Part shown: positions 26,950-37,354 of the stretch, one piece after another
Position numbering within the stretch: position 1 is the stretch's first letter
Layout of the letters: each line of letters opens with the position of its first letter
NCBI GenBank assembly: GCA_021789915.1
Contig: JAJYIV010000002.1
Coordinates: forward strand, 613 to 64,612
From: a bacterium
GTDB lineage: Bacteria; Patescibacteriota; Patescibacteriia; UBA9934; GWF2-40-263
DNA: 64,000 nt
Direction: 5' to 3'
Notes under the pieces: generated by a model
Seen by the model: the letters and a program-made list of their open reading frames with translations, nothing else
Databases searched by the model: none
Told to the model about the DNA's origin: nothing
Position numbers and translations under genes: made by a program

Positions 26950-28212
26950 TCATTCATATCTCAGCGCCTCGATCGGATCCAGCCGCGCGGCCTTGAGCGC
27001 CGGATACAATCCGAAGCCGACGCCGGTCAGGACGGAGATGACCAGCGCCAGGACGACGGAAAACGGCGAGACGACATACGCCCACTCATAGCCCAGCGCG
27101 TGCATGACGAGAGCGGCTGCGAGCGCGATCGCGGCCCCGAGCGCGACGCCGACGAGCCCGCCTGCGCCCGTGAGCGCCGCGGCCTCCAGCAGGAATTGCC
27201 GTGCGATGGCGCCGTTGGTGGCGCCGACGGCCTTGCGCAGCCCGATCTCGCGCGTGCGCTCGGCCACCGTCACCAGCATGATGTTCAGGATGCCGACGCC
27301 GCCGACCACCAGCGAGATGGCCGCCATCGCGGCAAGGAACAGGCTGAGAGCCGACGTGATGGATGACAGGATGTTCATGATGTCGGCCTGGCTGCGCACC
27401 GTGAAATCCTCCTGGTCCTGCGTCCGCACGTGATGGCGTTCGTCCATCACCCGCGTGACGTCCGCGATGGCCTGCGGCACGTGCGCGGCGGCGTCGACCT
27501 TCAGGTCGATGAGCTGCAGATGGCGGATGCCGAGCAGCTGCTGCTGGCCGATCGGCAGCGGGAGGAAGACCTGGTCGTCCATGTTCACCACGGCGATGTT
27601 GCCGCGCGGATTGATCACGCCGACGACGCGCAGCGGCACGCCGCCGGCTTGCGCCTGCGCCGCGTTGCGCACCTTGATGACCTGCCCCACCGGATCCACG
27701 CCGCGGCTGCCGAACAATTCGTCGGCCACGGTGGAGCCGAGCACGGCGACGTTGGCGCCTGCGTCCGCCTGGGCGACGCTGAAATACGTCCCTTCGCGCA
27801 TGGTGAACGTCAGCACGTCCGGATGATAGCCGTCCGTGCCGAAAAAGTTGGTGTCGATGCTCTGATTGCCCCACGTCACCGTGGCCGTCCCGAGCACCAT
27901 CGCATCCGCCGCCTTGATGTGAGGCACGCGGCGCAAGGCGTCCGCGTCCGCGTTCGTCAGCGTCGTGACGACGATGCCGAAGAGCTGGACGGGCGGGCCC
28001 TTCTCGTTGCTCTTGCCCGGCTGCACGCTGAGCAAGTCGCTCCCAAGCTTGGTCACCTGCCCCAGGATGAGAGACTGCGCGCCGGCGCCCAATGCCAAAA
28101 TCACGATGACGCCGGAGACGCCGATCACGATGCCGAGCATGGTCAGCAAGGACCGCCCCTTGCGCGCCAACAGGGTGCGGGAGACGAGGCCGAACGTGTC
28201 GCGGACGTTCAT
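26950..28212 (-). CDS. ABC transporter permease (MacB/FtsX-like), second copy
   Basis: 420 aa. Same architecture as the first copy. Ends ...KAARLDPIEALRYE. Confidence 0.8.
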   Translation of the reverse strand: MNVRDTFGLVSRTLLARKGRSLLTMLGIVIGVSGVIVILALGAGAQSLILGQVTKLGSDLLSVQPGKSNEKGPPVQLFGIVVTTLTNADADALRRVPHIKAADAMVLGTATVTWGNQSIDTNFFGTDGYHPDVLTFTMREGTYFSVAQADAGANVAVLGSTVADELFGSRGVDPVGQVIKVRNAAQAQAGGVPLRVVGVINPRGNIAVVNMDDQVFLPLPIGQQQLLGIRHLQLIDLKVDAAAHVPQAIADVTRVMDERHHVRTQDQEDFTVRSQADIMNILSSITSALSLFLAAMAAISLVVGGVGILNIMLVTVAERTREIGLRKAVGATNGAIARQFLLEAAALTGAGGLVGVALGAAIALAAALVMHALGYEWAYVVSPFSVVLALVISVLTGVGFGLYPALKAARLDPIEALRYE

Positions 28213-28225
28213 AGACAGGAGTCAA

Positions 28226-28939
28226 CTATTTTCCCAACTCCCCTCGGTCCCCTGCCCGCGTGCGCTTTTTCACGACGACGTCCGAAACGACGAGGCCGTC
28301 CTTGAGGCGGATGATGCGCTTGGCGTGGTTGGCGGTGTCCGTCTCGTGCGTCACCAGGATGATCGTGCGTCCCTGGTCGTTCAGCGTCTGCAGGATGTCC
28401 ATCACGACGTTGCCGGATTTGGAGTCCAGATTGCCCGTCGGCTCGTCGGCGAAGATCACGGCCGGATCGCCCACGAGCGCGCGGGCGATCGCCACGCGCT
28501 GCTTCTCGCCGCCGGAGAGCTGGTTGGAGAGATGGCCCAGCCGATGCGTCAGCCCGACCGCCTCCAGCGCCCGGCGCGCCAGCGCGTCTTGGTTCCTCTT
28601 CGTCCCGTACAGCAGCGGCAGGCGCACGTTGTCGAGCACGGTCGTGCGCGGCAGCAGGTTGAACGCCTGGAACACGAAACCGACCCGCTCGTTGCGCAAG
28701 CGGGCCAGCTCGGCGTCCGTGAACGTGCGCGTGTCGCGGCCTTCGAAGAAATACGCGCCCGCCGTCGGGCGGTCCAGGAACCCGAGGATGTGCATCAGCG
28801 TGGATTTTCCAGAACCGGACGGTCCCATGACGGCGAGAAATTCGCCCGGCTCCACGGTGAAGCTGACGCCGTGGAGCACGGGCGTCACGACGTCCCCGTT
28901 GACGTAGTCCTTGCGCAGGTTTTCGACGCGGATGAGCAT
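28226..28939 (-). CDS. ABC transporter ATP-binding protein (MacB/LolD-type)
   Basis: Walker A GPSGSGKST, signature LSGGEKQRVAIARAL, Walker B IFADEPTGNLD. Confidence 0.9.
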   Translation of the reverse strand: MLIRVENLRKDYVNGDVVTPVLHGVSFTVEPGEFLAVMGPSGSGKSTLMHILGFLDRPTAGAYFFEGRDTRTFTDAELARLRNERVGFVFQAFNLLPRTTVLDNVRLPLLYGTKRNQDALARRALEAVGLTHRLGHLSNQLSGGEKQRVAIARALVGDPAVIFADEPTGNLDSKSGNVVMDILQTLNDQGRTIILVTHETDTANHAKRIIRLKDGLVVSDVVVKKRTRAGDRGELGK

Positions 28940-28947
28940 GGGGGGAG

Positions 28948-30501
28948 TCAGTCAATCGCCACCACGACCGTCTGCCCTTCCGACAGGCCGCGGACAATCT
29001 CGTCCAGACCGTCGTCGGCCATCAAGCCGACCGTCACCGGCACCTCGTGGTAGGCGCCGCGCGCGGCATCGTCCACGACGCGCACGACCTGGGAGCCGTT
29101 GCGGTCGATCACCGCCGCCGACGGCACGGCCAGAACCTGCGAACGCTCGGCCGTGAGCACCGTCAGGTTGGCGGTCATGCCCGGCTTGATGTCCGGCGCA
29201 CCCTCGATGGACGCCTTCACCTTGTAGTCCACCACGCCCGCGATCACGGTCGAAGCGGGATTGATGGACGTGACGACGCCGGAGAAGTGCCGGTCCGGGC
29301 CGAGCGCGTCGAACGTGTCGTCGACGCTCTGGCCGACCGCAAGCGACGCGATGTCGGCCTCGCTGACCTGCGCTTCGGCGTACAGGTCGCCCACGTCCTG
29401 CAGCACCATCGCCTCCTGCAGCGCCGTCGCCTGCTCGCCCGCCTTCACGCTGACCGACGTGATCGTGCCGTCCGCCGGCGAGGCCAGCACCGTGTTGTCG
29501 AGCGCGGATTGCGCCGTCTCCACCTGGCCCTGGGCCGACAGCACGGCGGCGGCGGCCGCGGCGAGATCCGCCTGCGTCGGCGCCGCCTGCGCCTGCGCGA
29601 GCGACGCCTGCGCCTGCGCGCGCGACGCCTGGGCGGCGTTCACGCTCGCCTGCGCCGCGGCGACCTGCGTGTCGCGCGTCTTCTGCGCCGCGTCATACGC
29701 GTTCCTGTTCGTCACGTACGAGGCGTCCGTCGTGTTCGGCACGGCGATGGTCCAGGTATCGTTCGAGGAAGGCGACGACGTGCTGAATTTGATGAACAGC
29801 CCGTGCGTGCCGAGCGCCACCGGCTGCGTGCTGACGAATCCGTTGGCCGTCTCGAGGCCGGTCGCGTTGAATTGGATGCCGTTGCCGGTCTGGTACAGGA
29901 CGACGTCGTACGTCCCCTGCGCGGTACCGGCGTACGTGCCGCTCACGGTGATGGCCGCGCCGTCCGCATTGGCCGTGCCCGGCACGGCGGTGAACGTCGT
30001 GTTCATCAGCGCGGCTTGCGCGTTGGCGACGGCCGTGTCCTGCTGCGCCTGGACGGCCGCCAGATTGTCCTGCGCGTTTTGCAGCGTCACGTTGGCCGCA
30101 TCGACGGCTTTCTGCGCCACGGCGATCTGCTCGCTCGTACTGCCTTGCCGCACCTTCTCTTCGTTCGCCTGGGCCTGGGCGAGCGCGCCTTGCGCCGTGG
30201 TCAGCGCCGCGTGCGCGGACGCCTGGTCGATCACGGCGAGCGTCTGTCCCTTTTTCACGCGGTCGCCTTCGGCCACGTCGACCTCCCGCACCAGGCCGCT
30301 CGTCTGAAACGCCAGCGACAAATCAACCGTGCTCGTCACCTGTCCGGTGGCGAGAACCGTCGCGCGCAAATCCTGCCGCGTCACGGCGGCCGTCTGCAGC
30401 TTCGGCGCCTTTCCGCGGCGCGCCCAAGCGGCGATGCCGCCGCCGGCGACAAGGACGACGAGCATCCAAAACCACCAACGCTTGAGGAAGGAGAACTTCA
30501 T
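28948..30501 (-). CDS. HlyD/MacA-family periplasmic adaptor subunit with an inserted beta-rich domain
   Basis: ATG at 30499-30501 (MKFSFLKRWWFWMLVVLVAGG signal anchor). Biotinyl-lipoyl-like GDRVKKGQTLAVID. Long coiled coil (AQ-rich). C-terminal beta-barrel and MP domains. Upstream 193 codons of the track ORF rejected as artefact. Confidence 0.75.
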   Translation of the reverse strand: MKFSFLKRWWFWMLVVLVAGGGIAAWARRGKAPKLQTAAVTRQDLRATVLATGQVTSTVDLSLAFQTSGLVREVDVAEGDRVKKGQTLAVIDQASAHAALTTAQGALAQAQANEEKVRQGSTSEQIAVAQKAVDAANVTLQNAQDNLAAVQAQQDTAVANAQAALMNTTFTAVPGTANADGAAITVSGTYAGTAQGTYDVVLYQTGNGIQFNATGLETANGFVSTQPVALGTHGLFIKFSTSSPSSNDTWTIAVPNTTDASYVTNRNAYDAAQKTRDTQVAAAQASVNAAQASRAQAQASLAQAQAAPTQADLAAAAAAVLSAQGQVETAQSALDNTVLASPADGTITSVSVKAGEQATALQEAMVLQDVGDLYAEAQVSEADIASLAVGQSVDDTFDALGPDRHFSGVVTSINPASTVIAGVVDYKVKASIEGAPDIKPGMTANLTVLTAERSQVLAVPSAAVIDRNGSQVVRVVDDAARGAYHEVPVTVGLMADDGLDEIVRGLSEGQTVVVAID

Positions 30502-30596
30502 AATGAATGCGCCCATTCTAGGCCGGCGGGCGGCCAAAAACAAGACGCCGGATCGCTCCGGCGCCTTGGGAATCCGTTCTTCTTCGTCCTGCGCGC

Positions 30597-33353
30597 TCAC
30601 GGCCTGACATTGCGGCTTTCCAACGCCTGCGAAAGCGTACGGATGTTCCGTTCGTTCATGTCCACCAGGTTTTGCCAGTCGGCCTTCAGGGTGAATGGAG
30701 CGGATGCCAGGGATCGTTGCGCTTGAGCCAATTGCTGATGGGCCGTCTCCAATGCCTGTTGGAGATGCGGCACCGTCCATGCGGAGATGTCTTCGCCGGT
30801 GCGCTGAGTGATGTCGGTAACCCCCATGGCCTGTTCCGCACCGCTTGACGTCTGCGTCTCGACGACCTTGTCGCCTGACACGCGTGACACAGCCGTTGGG
30901 CGTTCGAAGAATGAAGAGCTGGCGGCATGTCCAGCTGCTGTGTGCGCGGCCGCGGTTTCGGCGACAGGATGCGCGGCGGCAACCGTCTCCGCGGCGGTCT
31001 GCGCGCGCGCCGCGACCGCGGCGGCCGCCTGTTCGTGGAACGGCGCGACGGCGGGAATGCGCGCCAGCCTGTCCTGCCATCCTTGCGGAAGCAGACGGCC
31101 GAACGGCCCATGTTGCAGCGCGAGGACTTGCTGCGTCAAGGCATCGACCAACGGTTCCCTTTGACCAGGCGCGGCGGCAGTGGCCTGCTCCAGCGTTTCG
31201 CGGACCTCCATGAGCTGTTTTCCGAAGGCGGCCTGATCCGCGGCGGACAGATGCTCGAACGCGTTCTTCCCCAGCATCGCCTCGCCCGCGGCATGCTCGT
31301 GCGCGGCGACCTGCGCCAGCACTTCCGCGTGGTGCTGCGCGAGCTGCGCGGCTTCCGCAGCCTGGTCAATGGCCGCGTGCGGCACGGGCGCCGCCGTCTC
31401 TACGGCTGCATGCGTGGCCGTTGCTGTTTTCGCCGCCGTCTCCACGGCTGCCTGCGCGTGCGTTCCGACGGCCGCCGCCGCTTCGGCCGCGTGGCCTTGG
31501 AGTTCCGCCAGGGTCTTCCCCGGCGCCAGGAATCCTTCCTTGACCGCTTCGGCGACGCTCATGCGGACGCCCTTGGCCGATTCCAGCACCAGCTTGCCGC
31601 CGACTTCGCCGACTTGGAAATTGCCGATCGCCTTGCTCGTGAGAAACAGGTCCGGCACGCCGCCTTTGCCCCACGCGCCGGCCGCTTCGACGACGTCGTG
31701 CGCGTGCTGCGCCGCGTCGATGTCCGTCGGATGCAGGCGCTCGATGATGCCGCTCAAGCTGTCGCCCTTGTGCACCATGACGAAGCCCTGGGCGCCCGCC
31801 TCGACATGCGCGCCCGCCGCGGCCGCGCCGGCCTCCGCGGCATGATGCGCCGGCGCACCGGCCGCCGCACCCGCCTCGCGGGTGTGACCCAGCAGACGAT
31901 GAAGCGTGTCGCCCAAAACGCCGCCGCCGACGAAGAGGCCCATCATGGTGCCGAAGAGCTTGGCGCGGCGTTCGTTGACGTTGTTCTTTTCACGCAAATC
32001 CGCCATCTGCCCGTCGGTTCTGTTCATCGCCTCGGTCATCTGTCTTTCGGTGCCCTGGAATGTTTTTTCCGCGAGCGCTTGTTCGAGTTTCCTGTACTGG
32101 GCGCGGAAATGTTCCTGGGTTGCATCGACTTTGCCTTCAAGGCCTTCTTTTGGTTCCCCAAGACTTACACCGTCGAAAACCGCGCGCTCGTTCATCCGCG
32201 TGAGCCGCGTCATGATGTCCTCGGCGCTCATCTTTGAGATATCCGCATCGGTAAACTTCTCGGCGTCGCGATTTTCGCCCGCTCTGCGGACGGCGTCCAT
32301 GCTGCCGTAGCCCATGCCGAGCCCGGAAGCGGCGCGGTTCATGGCCATGATGCCTCCCGTTACCGCAAGTCCGGCGCCGCTCACGGCAGCAGCGCCCATG
32401 AGTCCGTAGGTAATTGCCGTGCGCGCGTTCAAGGCCTTCTCACTGATTTTCGTGATGCCGTATCGAAGCGCTTGCGCGTACATGAGCGGATTGAACCAGC
32501 TCTTTTCCCTGATATCCGCCCGCACGTTCCGCATGCTCTCCTCGTACAGTTCCTTCTGTCTCTTTCCAAACAAATTCGAAATATTGAACGCACCGAGCTT
32601 GCGATAGCCCTCGTAGAATTTGCGGCCGAATCCTTTGTCCTTGCTCAATTTCCCGGCACGGACATCCGCGAGTTCGCGCAGTTCTTCGGTAAACTTTTTG
32701 GCATCGGCGCCAATCGCTTCCGAGCGCATGCCGAGATATTCCTGGCGCGCCGCCTCGAGCTCCGCTTGCGCCTGAACGTATCCCTTTTTCGTCTCTGAGA
32801 AAATGCCTCGGCGCACGCCGCCGGTTACGCCGCCGTATGTCTTTTCCATCTGGGCAAGCAACGTCGCATAGCGGTCGCGAGCGTTGGAAAGACTTTCACG
32901 CGACGGCTTGGGGGGTTCTCCCTCAATGACGTCCACATATCCAGGCGGATGCGGATCGCGCCCACCTCCAGGGGTCGTCTCTCCACCTCCGCCTTGCGGC
33001 TCGACAATGGTTGGCGGCTCTGTCTCTCCGCCTCCGCCTGGCGGCGTAGGTTCATCTTGTTTCAACGCCGACTTTTCCCGCGCCGTGGCAATCTCATCAT
33101 CGATTTTGGCAAGCGCAATTTCATAGCTCAGCACGTCCTTGAACAGTTCCGTGTGTCCGTAGATCTCCTGTCGCCGCTTGTTCAATGCATCCATTTTCGC
33201 CTTGATGGCGTCTGTCGAATCCTTCGGCCTTTCCGCTTCGTCCGCCTTAAGATCCGGCGCTTCCACGCCGTTCAACTCCCGCGGATCCCCGAATTTCCTT
33301 CCGGGCTCCAAATCCGGGGCCATCCCCATGTTCGGTCCCTCGTACCCTGCCAT
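30597..33353 (-). CDS. Giant membrane protein (918 aa): cytoplasmic N-domain, 3 TM, LysM-like segment, Ala/His-rich C-terminal region
   Basis: TM helices ITYGLMGAAAVSGAGLAVTGGIMAM and LFGTMMGLFVGGGVLG. FVMVHKGDSLSGIIERL resembles LysM. Gly/Pro repeats PPGGGGETEPP. First gene of the exporter operon. Confidence 0.5.
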   Translation of the reverse strand: MAGYEGPNMGMAPDLEPGRKFGDPRELNGVEAPDLKADEAERPKDSTDAIKAKMDALNKRRQEIYGHTELFKDVLSYEIALAKIDDEIATAREKSALKQDEPTPPGGGGETEPPTIVEPQGGGGETTPGGGRDPHPPGYVDVIEGEPPKPSRESLSNARDRYATLLAQMEKTYGGVTGGVRRGIFSETKKGYVQAQAELEAARQEYLGMRSEAIGADAKKFTEELRELADVRAGKLSKDKGFGRKFYEGYRKLGAFNISNLFGKRQKELYEESMRNVRADIREKSWFNPLMYAQALRYGITKISEKALNARTAITYGLMGAAAVSGAGLAVTGGIMAMNRAASGLGMGYGSMDAVRRAGENRDAEKFTDADISKMSAEDIMTRLTRMNERAVFDGVSLGEPKEGLEGKVDATQEHFRAQYRKLEQALAEKTFQGTERQMTEAMNRTDGQMADLREKNNVNERRAKLFGTMMGLFVGGGVLGDTLHRLLGHTREAGAAAGAPAHHAAEAGAAAAGAHVEAGAQGFVMVHKGDSLSGIIERLHPTDIDAAQHAHDVVEAAGAWGKGGVPDLFLTSKAIGNFQVGEVGGKLVLESAKGVRMSVAEAVKEGFLAPGKTLAELQGHAAEAAAAVGTHAQAAVETAAKTATATHAAVETAAPVPHAAIDQAAEAAQLAQHHAEVLAQVAAHEHAAGEAMLGKNAFEHLSAADQAAFGKQLMEVRETLEQATAAAPGQREPLVDALTQQVLALQHGPFGRLLPQGWQDRLARIPAVAPFHEQAAAAVAARAQTAAETVAAAHPVAETAAAHTAAGHAASSSFFERPTAVSRVSGDKVVETQTSSGAEQAMGVTDITQRTGEDISAWTVPHLQQALETAHQQLAQAQRSLASAPFTLKADWQNLVDMNERNIRTLSQALESRNVRP

Positions 33354-33385
33354 AGGACAAGAACATTAAAAAGTAAGGTCTGCTC

Positions 33386-33721
33386 TCAGACGGCCGGATG
33401 ATGTTCGGCGTTTTCCACCAGTTCGGCCTTGACCTTTTCGGTTTCTTCGGACAGGAGTCTTGGCATGTCGAACCTTTCGCTTAAAAATGCCATGAGCTTA
33501 TCCGAATCATCCGACAGATCCTCGGCTTTTTTGGCGTCCGCCCCATCGAGCTGGGTCATGACGTCCAGCATCACCCGCTTAAGGACGAGATCGGCCATCT
33601 GATCCAAAAGAGCGACTTTCTTCTCATCTGGCAAGGCCTCAATTCCGAGCAAAGCAATGATGTTTTGGTTTTCCGTGCTCGTTTGTTCGGTCATAAAATG
33701 AGAGAGTGAATAAGTTTCCAT
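33386..33721 (-). CDS. Small acidic protein (111 aa)
   Basis: ATG at 33719-33721 (METYSLSHFMTEQ). Acidic, helical. Immediately upstream of the giant protein. Confidence 0.45.
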   Translation of the reverse strand: METYSLSHFMTEQTSTENQNIIALLGIEALPDEKKVALLDQMADLVLKRVMLDVMTQLDGADAKKAEDLSDDSDKLMAFLSERFDMPRLLSEETEKVKAELVENAEHHPAV

Positions 33722-33833
33722 TAAGATTAAACTGGCACATTGTCGGGAAACGTTAAGAATGCCCGTATGGTAAAACAGCCGCGCGGACTTCGCAATGGAA
33801 AAGACGCAAACGGCGGCGCACGGCGGTCTTCCG

Positions 33834-34736
33834 TCACGCCTTGGTCGCGTGCCCGCCGAATTGGCCGCGCAGCGCGGAGAGCAGCCGGCCGGCATAGCTC
33901 GGCGCGGCGGCGGAATCCTTGCGGAATTGCAGGGCGTCCGCAATGACGGGCACGGGCACGCCAAGATGCCTTGCCGCCTCGACCGTCCATGCGCCTTCGC
34001 CCGTGTGCGCGACGGAGCCCGTGACGCCTTCCATGTCCGGTCCGTAGGTTTCAAAAGCGGACTTCATCCAGCCAACGAGGCGCGACTCGACGACGCTGCG
34101 GTGCTGGTACACGTCGGCGACGCGGGCCAAGTCGAGCTGGAACGGCGCGGCTTTCATGACGGCGAAGCCTTCGGCGATGGCCTGCATCATGCCGTACTCG
34201 ATGCCGTTGTGGACCATCTTCACGAAATGCCCGGCGCCGGCCCCGCCGAAGAATCGATAGCCGTCCGGCACGGCCGCGTCCTTGAACAACGGTTCGAGTT
34301 CCGCGAACGCCGCGCGGTCGCCGCCGATCATGAGACAGGCGCCGGCGCGCGCGCCGCCGGGGCCGCCCGACGTGCCGCAATCCAGAAAGCGTATGCCTTC
34401 GGCCGCAAGCGCCGCGGCATGGCCCGCGTCATCGGCGTAATGCGTGTTGCCGCCGTCGACCACCGTGTCGCCGGGCGCGAGCAGCTCCGCCAGTTCCGCG
34501 ACCGCCTCGTCCGTCGGGGCGCCCGCGGGCAGCATGAGCCAGACGGTGCGCGGCGCTCCCAGAGCGGCGACGAGATCCTGCGGCGTACGCGCGGGGACGA
34601 GCCCTTCCGCCGCCATGCCTTCGGCGACCGTGAACGTGCGGTTCCATCCGATAACGCGCCAGCCCCGTTCCATCCAATGCCGCGCGAGGTTCGCTCCCAT
34701 CTTTCCGAGGCCGATGATGCCAAGTTCTTTGCGCAT
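33834..34736 (-). CDS. gnd: 6-phosphogluconate dehydrogenase, decarboxylating (short-form, about 300 aa)
   Basis: IIGLGKMGANLARH NAD(P)-binding Rossmann N-terminus. ATG at 34734-34736. C-terminal 6PGDH domain. Confidence 0.8.
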   Translation of the reverse strand: MRKELGIIGLGKMGANLARHWMERGWRVIGWNRTFTVAEGMAAEGLVPARTPQDLVAALGAPRTVWLMLPAGAPTDEAVAELAELLAPGDTVVDGGNTHYADDAGHAAALAAEGIRFLDCGTSGGPGGARAGACLMIGGDRAAFAELEPLFKDAAVPDGYRFFGGAGAGHFVKMVHNGIEYGMMQAIAEGFAVMKAAPFQLDLARVADVYQHRSVVESRLVGWMKSAFETYGPDMEGVTGSVAHTGEGAWTVEAARHLGVPVPVIADALQFRKDSAAAPSYAGRLLSALRGQFGGHATKA

Positions 34737-34779
34737 AGGTTCTGACAGGACCTGTCGGTCCAAGAGGTTTACGTCTCTC

Positions 34780-36015
34780 TCACACCGGTTCCGTTCCGGG
34801 CGCATACGTCCCCAGCGGCGTTTCGTTATTCCTCCACGCGCGCTCGATCGGATCCGTCCATGCCCACAATGCGTCGATTTCCTCCACGCTCAGGAACGGC
34901 GTCTGGTCGCCCGCGAAGGCGGCGAGGAACAGGGATTCGTACTCAACGACGTATTGCGCCCGCGCCTGCCTGGAATAGTCGAAGTCGAAGGTCTTGGACG
35001 AGCCGTCCTTGAAGGTGACGACGACGTCCTTTCTGGTCTCCGGCATGCGCTTGCCGGCTTCCAGGATGATCTCGACGCCCTGCCAGCGGCGCGGCGACAG
35101 CCAGGTCTTCGCGCGGAAATACGTTTCCGTGTCCGAGGCCGGGTCGACGCCGACGATGGCGCGGTAGCCTTCGTACTGCGCGCGGAACGTCTCGGCCGGC
35201 TGCGGCGGGACGAGGCCGCGCAGCAGTTCCACGCGCCGCGCGCGGACGGGGGCCGCGTCGAAGGACGCGGGCTTTTCCATCGTCGCGTACGCCAGCATTT
35301 CCAGCAGATGGTTCTGGCCGACGTCGCGCAGCGCGCCGAGGCGGTCGTAGAAGGCGCCGCGCTTCTCCACGCCGAGCGTCTCCCACAGGCGCACGCGGAT
35401 GCGCGCGACGCGCTCCGCATTCCAGCGCGGCTCGCCAGGGCCGTCCGCGAAACGGAAGCCGGCGAGCGCGCGCAGGGCGTCCTTGGCCAGATAGTGGTCG
35501 ACGCGGTAAATCTGCTCCTCCGCGAAGCAGCCGGCGAGCGCGGCGTCGAGGGCGCGGGCGCTCTCGCCGTCCCAGCCGATCGGCTTCTCCAGCATGACGC
35601 GCGTCCATGCGCCCGGCCGCCGCCCGATGCACAAGCGGGAGAACTGGGACAGGATCGGCGGCACGGACGCCGTCGGGACGGACAGGTACAGCAGCGCGTT
35701 CTGCCCCTGGATGTCCCGCCGCAGGCGGTCATATCCCTCCGGCGCTTCAAAATGCCCGCGGACATACGCGCACCGCCCCAGGAACGCATCGACGCTTTCC
35801 GCATCCGCCCGGGGCGCATGGCCGCGGAGGATGCCGCGCACGTGGACGCGGAAATCCTCGTCCGACCAGTCGCGGCGGGCGAAACCGATCAGCCGGAAAT
35901 CCGCCGGCAGGCGATGTTCCGCGTGGAGCTGGAACAAGGCGGGGGCGATTTTTCTGGCCATGAGGTCGCCGGTGGCGCCGAATACGACGAAAGCGGTGGG
36001 CAAAGAGGCAGACAT
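34780..36015 (-). CDS. zwf: Glucose-6-phosphate 1-dehydrogenase
   Basis: FVVFGATGDLMARKI (GxxGDLA), EKPIGWD, RVDHYLAK signature. ATG at 36013-36015. Confidence 0.85.
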   Translation of the reverse strand: MSASLPTAFVVFGATGDLMARKIAPALFQLHAEHRLPADFRLIGFARRDWSDEDFRVHVRGILRGHAPRADAESVDAFLGRCAYVRGHFEAPEGYDRLRRDIQGQNALLYLSVPTASVPPILSQFSRLCIGRRPGAWTRVMLEKPIGWDGESARALDAALAGCFAEEQIYRVDHYLAKDALRALAGFRFADGPGEPRWNAERVARIRVRLWETLGVEKRGAFYDRLGALRDVGQNHLLEMLAYATMEKPASFDAAPVRARRVELLRGLVPPQPAETFRAQYEGYRAIVGVDPASDTETYFRAKTWLSPRRWQGVEIILEAGKRMPETRKDVVVTFKDGSSKTFDFDYSRQARAQYVVEYESLFLAAFAGDQTPFLSVEEIDALWAWTDPIERAWRNNETPLGTYAPGTEPV

Positions 36016-36598
36016 AGGCGAGAAGATGATGGGAACATCGAACCGAAACGGCATGAACGCCGGATGAAGCGGCGGAACCATTCTACCTTGCGATACGGCG
36101 GCGTCGAGGGATGAAAAACGCCCGGAAAAACCAGGCGAGACGTCCGTCGAGATACGGCGCGGCCAAGATCAGACCGGCGAGCGCATCCGCCTGGACACAG
36201 ATGAACAAAGCGTCCGGCAGGCCGGCGACGCCTCGCAAGCAGCCGCGGACGTATCGTGCAGGACGTCCACCGGCTTTTCCGGAGCGTTCGTCGATCCTCC
36301 TTGCTCCGCACGATGACGAAGCGCCCCGACCCTATGCCGTGCGCCGGGAAAAGAAAAAGCGCCGGGAACCCTTGCGGGAACCCGACGCAAGAAGCGTCGC
36401 GGCGTGAAGCGCCTAGAACTTCGGACCGCGCGGCGGGACGCCCTCCTCGCCGAAGGCGTCGCGGCGCGAACGGCCAACGGACGGCCTCGGCGGCGCGCCG
36501 GTTCCGACGAGCGCCGCCCACGGGATGGTCGCGCCGACCTGGCGCACGCCGATGACGGCAGGAAGGCCCGCTTCTTCTTCGTCGCCGAGGAAGGCCAC

Positions 36599-37354
36599 AT
36601 GGTGTGGTTCGACCTCAACCCGAATGCCGATGGTCCCCACGAGGTGGCCGCGCTTGTCTCGGCCCGGGGCGTCAACGCTCTCACGGGCCAGCGCCTGACC
36701 CCGCCGCCGCGATTGGAGCAGTACGCGCACCAGTGTCCCGTGCACGCCGTGCCGTTCACGCGCGTGGGGACGGAAACGAAGTTCTGCCCGACCTGCAACT
36801 TCGGCTGGGCGCCCCAGAACTACTTCTCGACCACGTCGGTCGGCCGCGGCCTCTTCTGGCGCGACGGCTTTCGCGGCCCCGACGGGAACACGCGCGAATT
36901 CGTCTTCACCGCGGAGCGGAATCGCGGCGTCGCGCGCGCCGTGATCGGCGACGACGCCGTGGACGCGTTCGGCGTCGCGCTGTTTCGCTCCGCGAAGTCC
37001 AAGGCGCCGCCCGTCGCATACCGCACGCCGTACGCGTTCAAGGGTTCGCCCTTTTCATTCGGAGGCGAATTCGGCGGCGTCCGACTCGAATCGTCCGCCA
37101 GTCACCGTCGGCACCTCGGGATTGCCGAACGGAACGAAGCGCTCGAGGTAGCCGCCGGCGCCGTCGTCGATCAGGGTGTCAGGCCGGACGAACACCGGCT
37201 CGACTTTTGGAGGGAAGCGCCCGACGCCTGCCTCATCCTGTACTACGTCGGACCGCATGCCTTCCGCGACATCGCCGGTTTCGACGGCACGGAAAATCCC
37301 GCCGACGAAGGCTGGCTCGGCAAAGCCGGCGTGCCGGTGGGCAACGACGCGTAG
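36599..37354 (+). CDS. Hypothetical protein with Cys/His cluster (about 251 aa)
   Basis: ATG at 36599 (MVWFDLNPN). Alternative GTG start at 36404. CPVH...CPTC motif. Confidence 0.45.
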   Translation: MVWFDLNPNADGPHEVAALVSARGVNALTGQRLTPPPRLEQYAHQCPVHAVPFTRVGTETKFCPTCNFGWAPQNYFSTTSVGRGLFWRDGFRGPDGNTREFVFTAERNRGVARAVIGDDAVDAFGVALFRSAKSKAPPVAYRTPYAFKGSPFSFGGEFGGVRLESSASHRRHLGIAERNEALEVAAGAVVDQGVRPDEHRLDFWREAPDACLILYYVGPHAFRDIAGFDGTENPADEGWLGKAGVPVGNDA

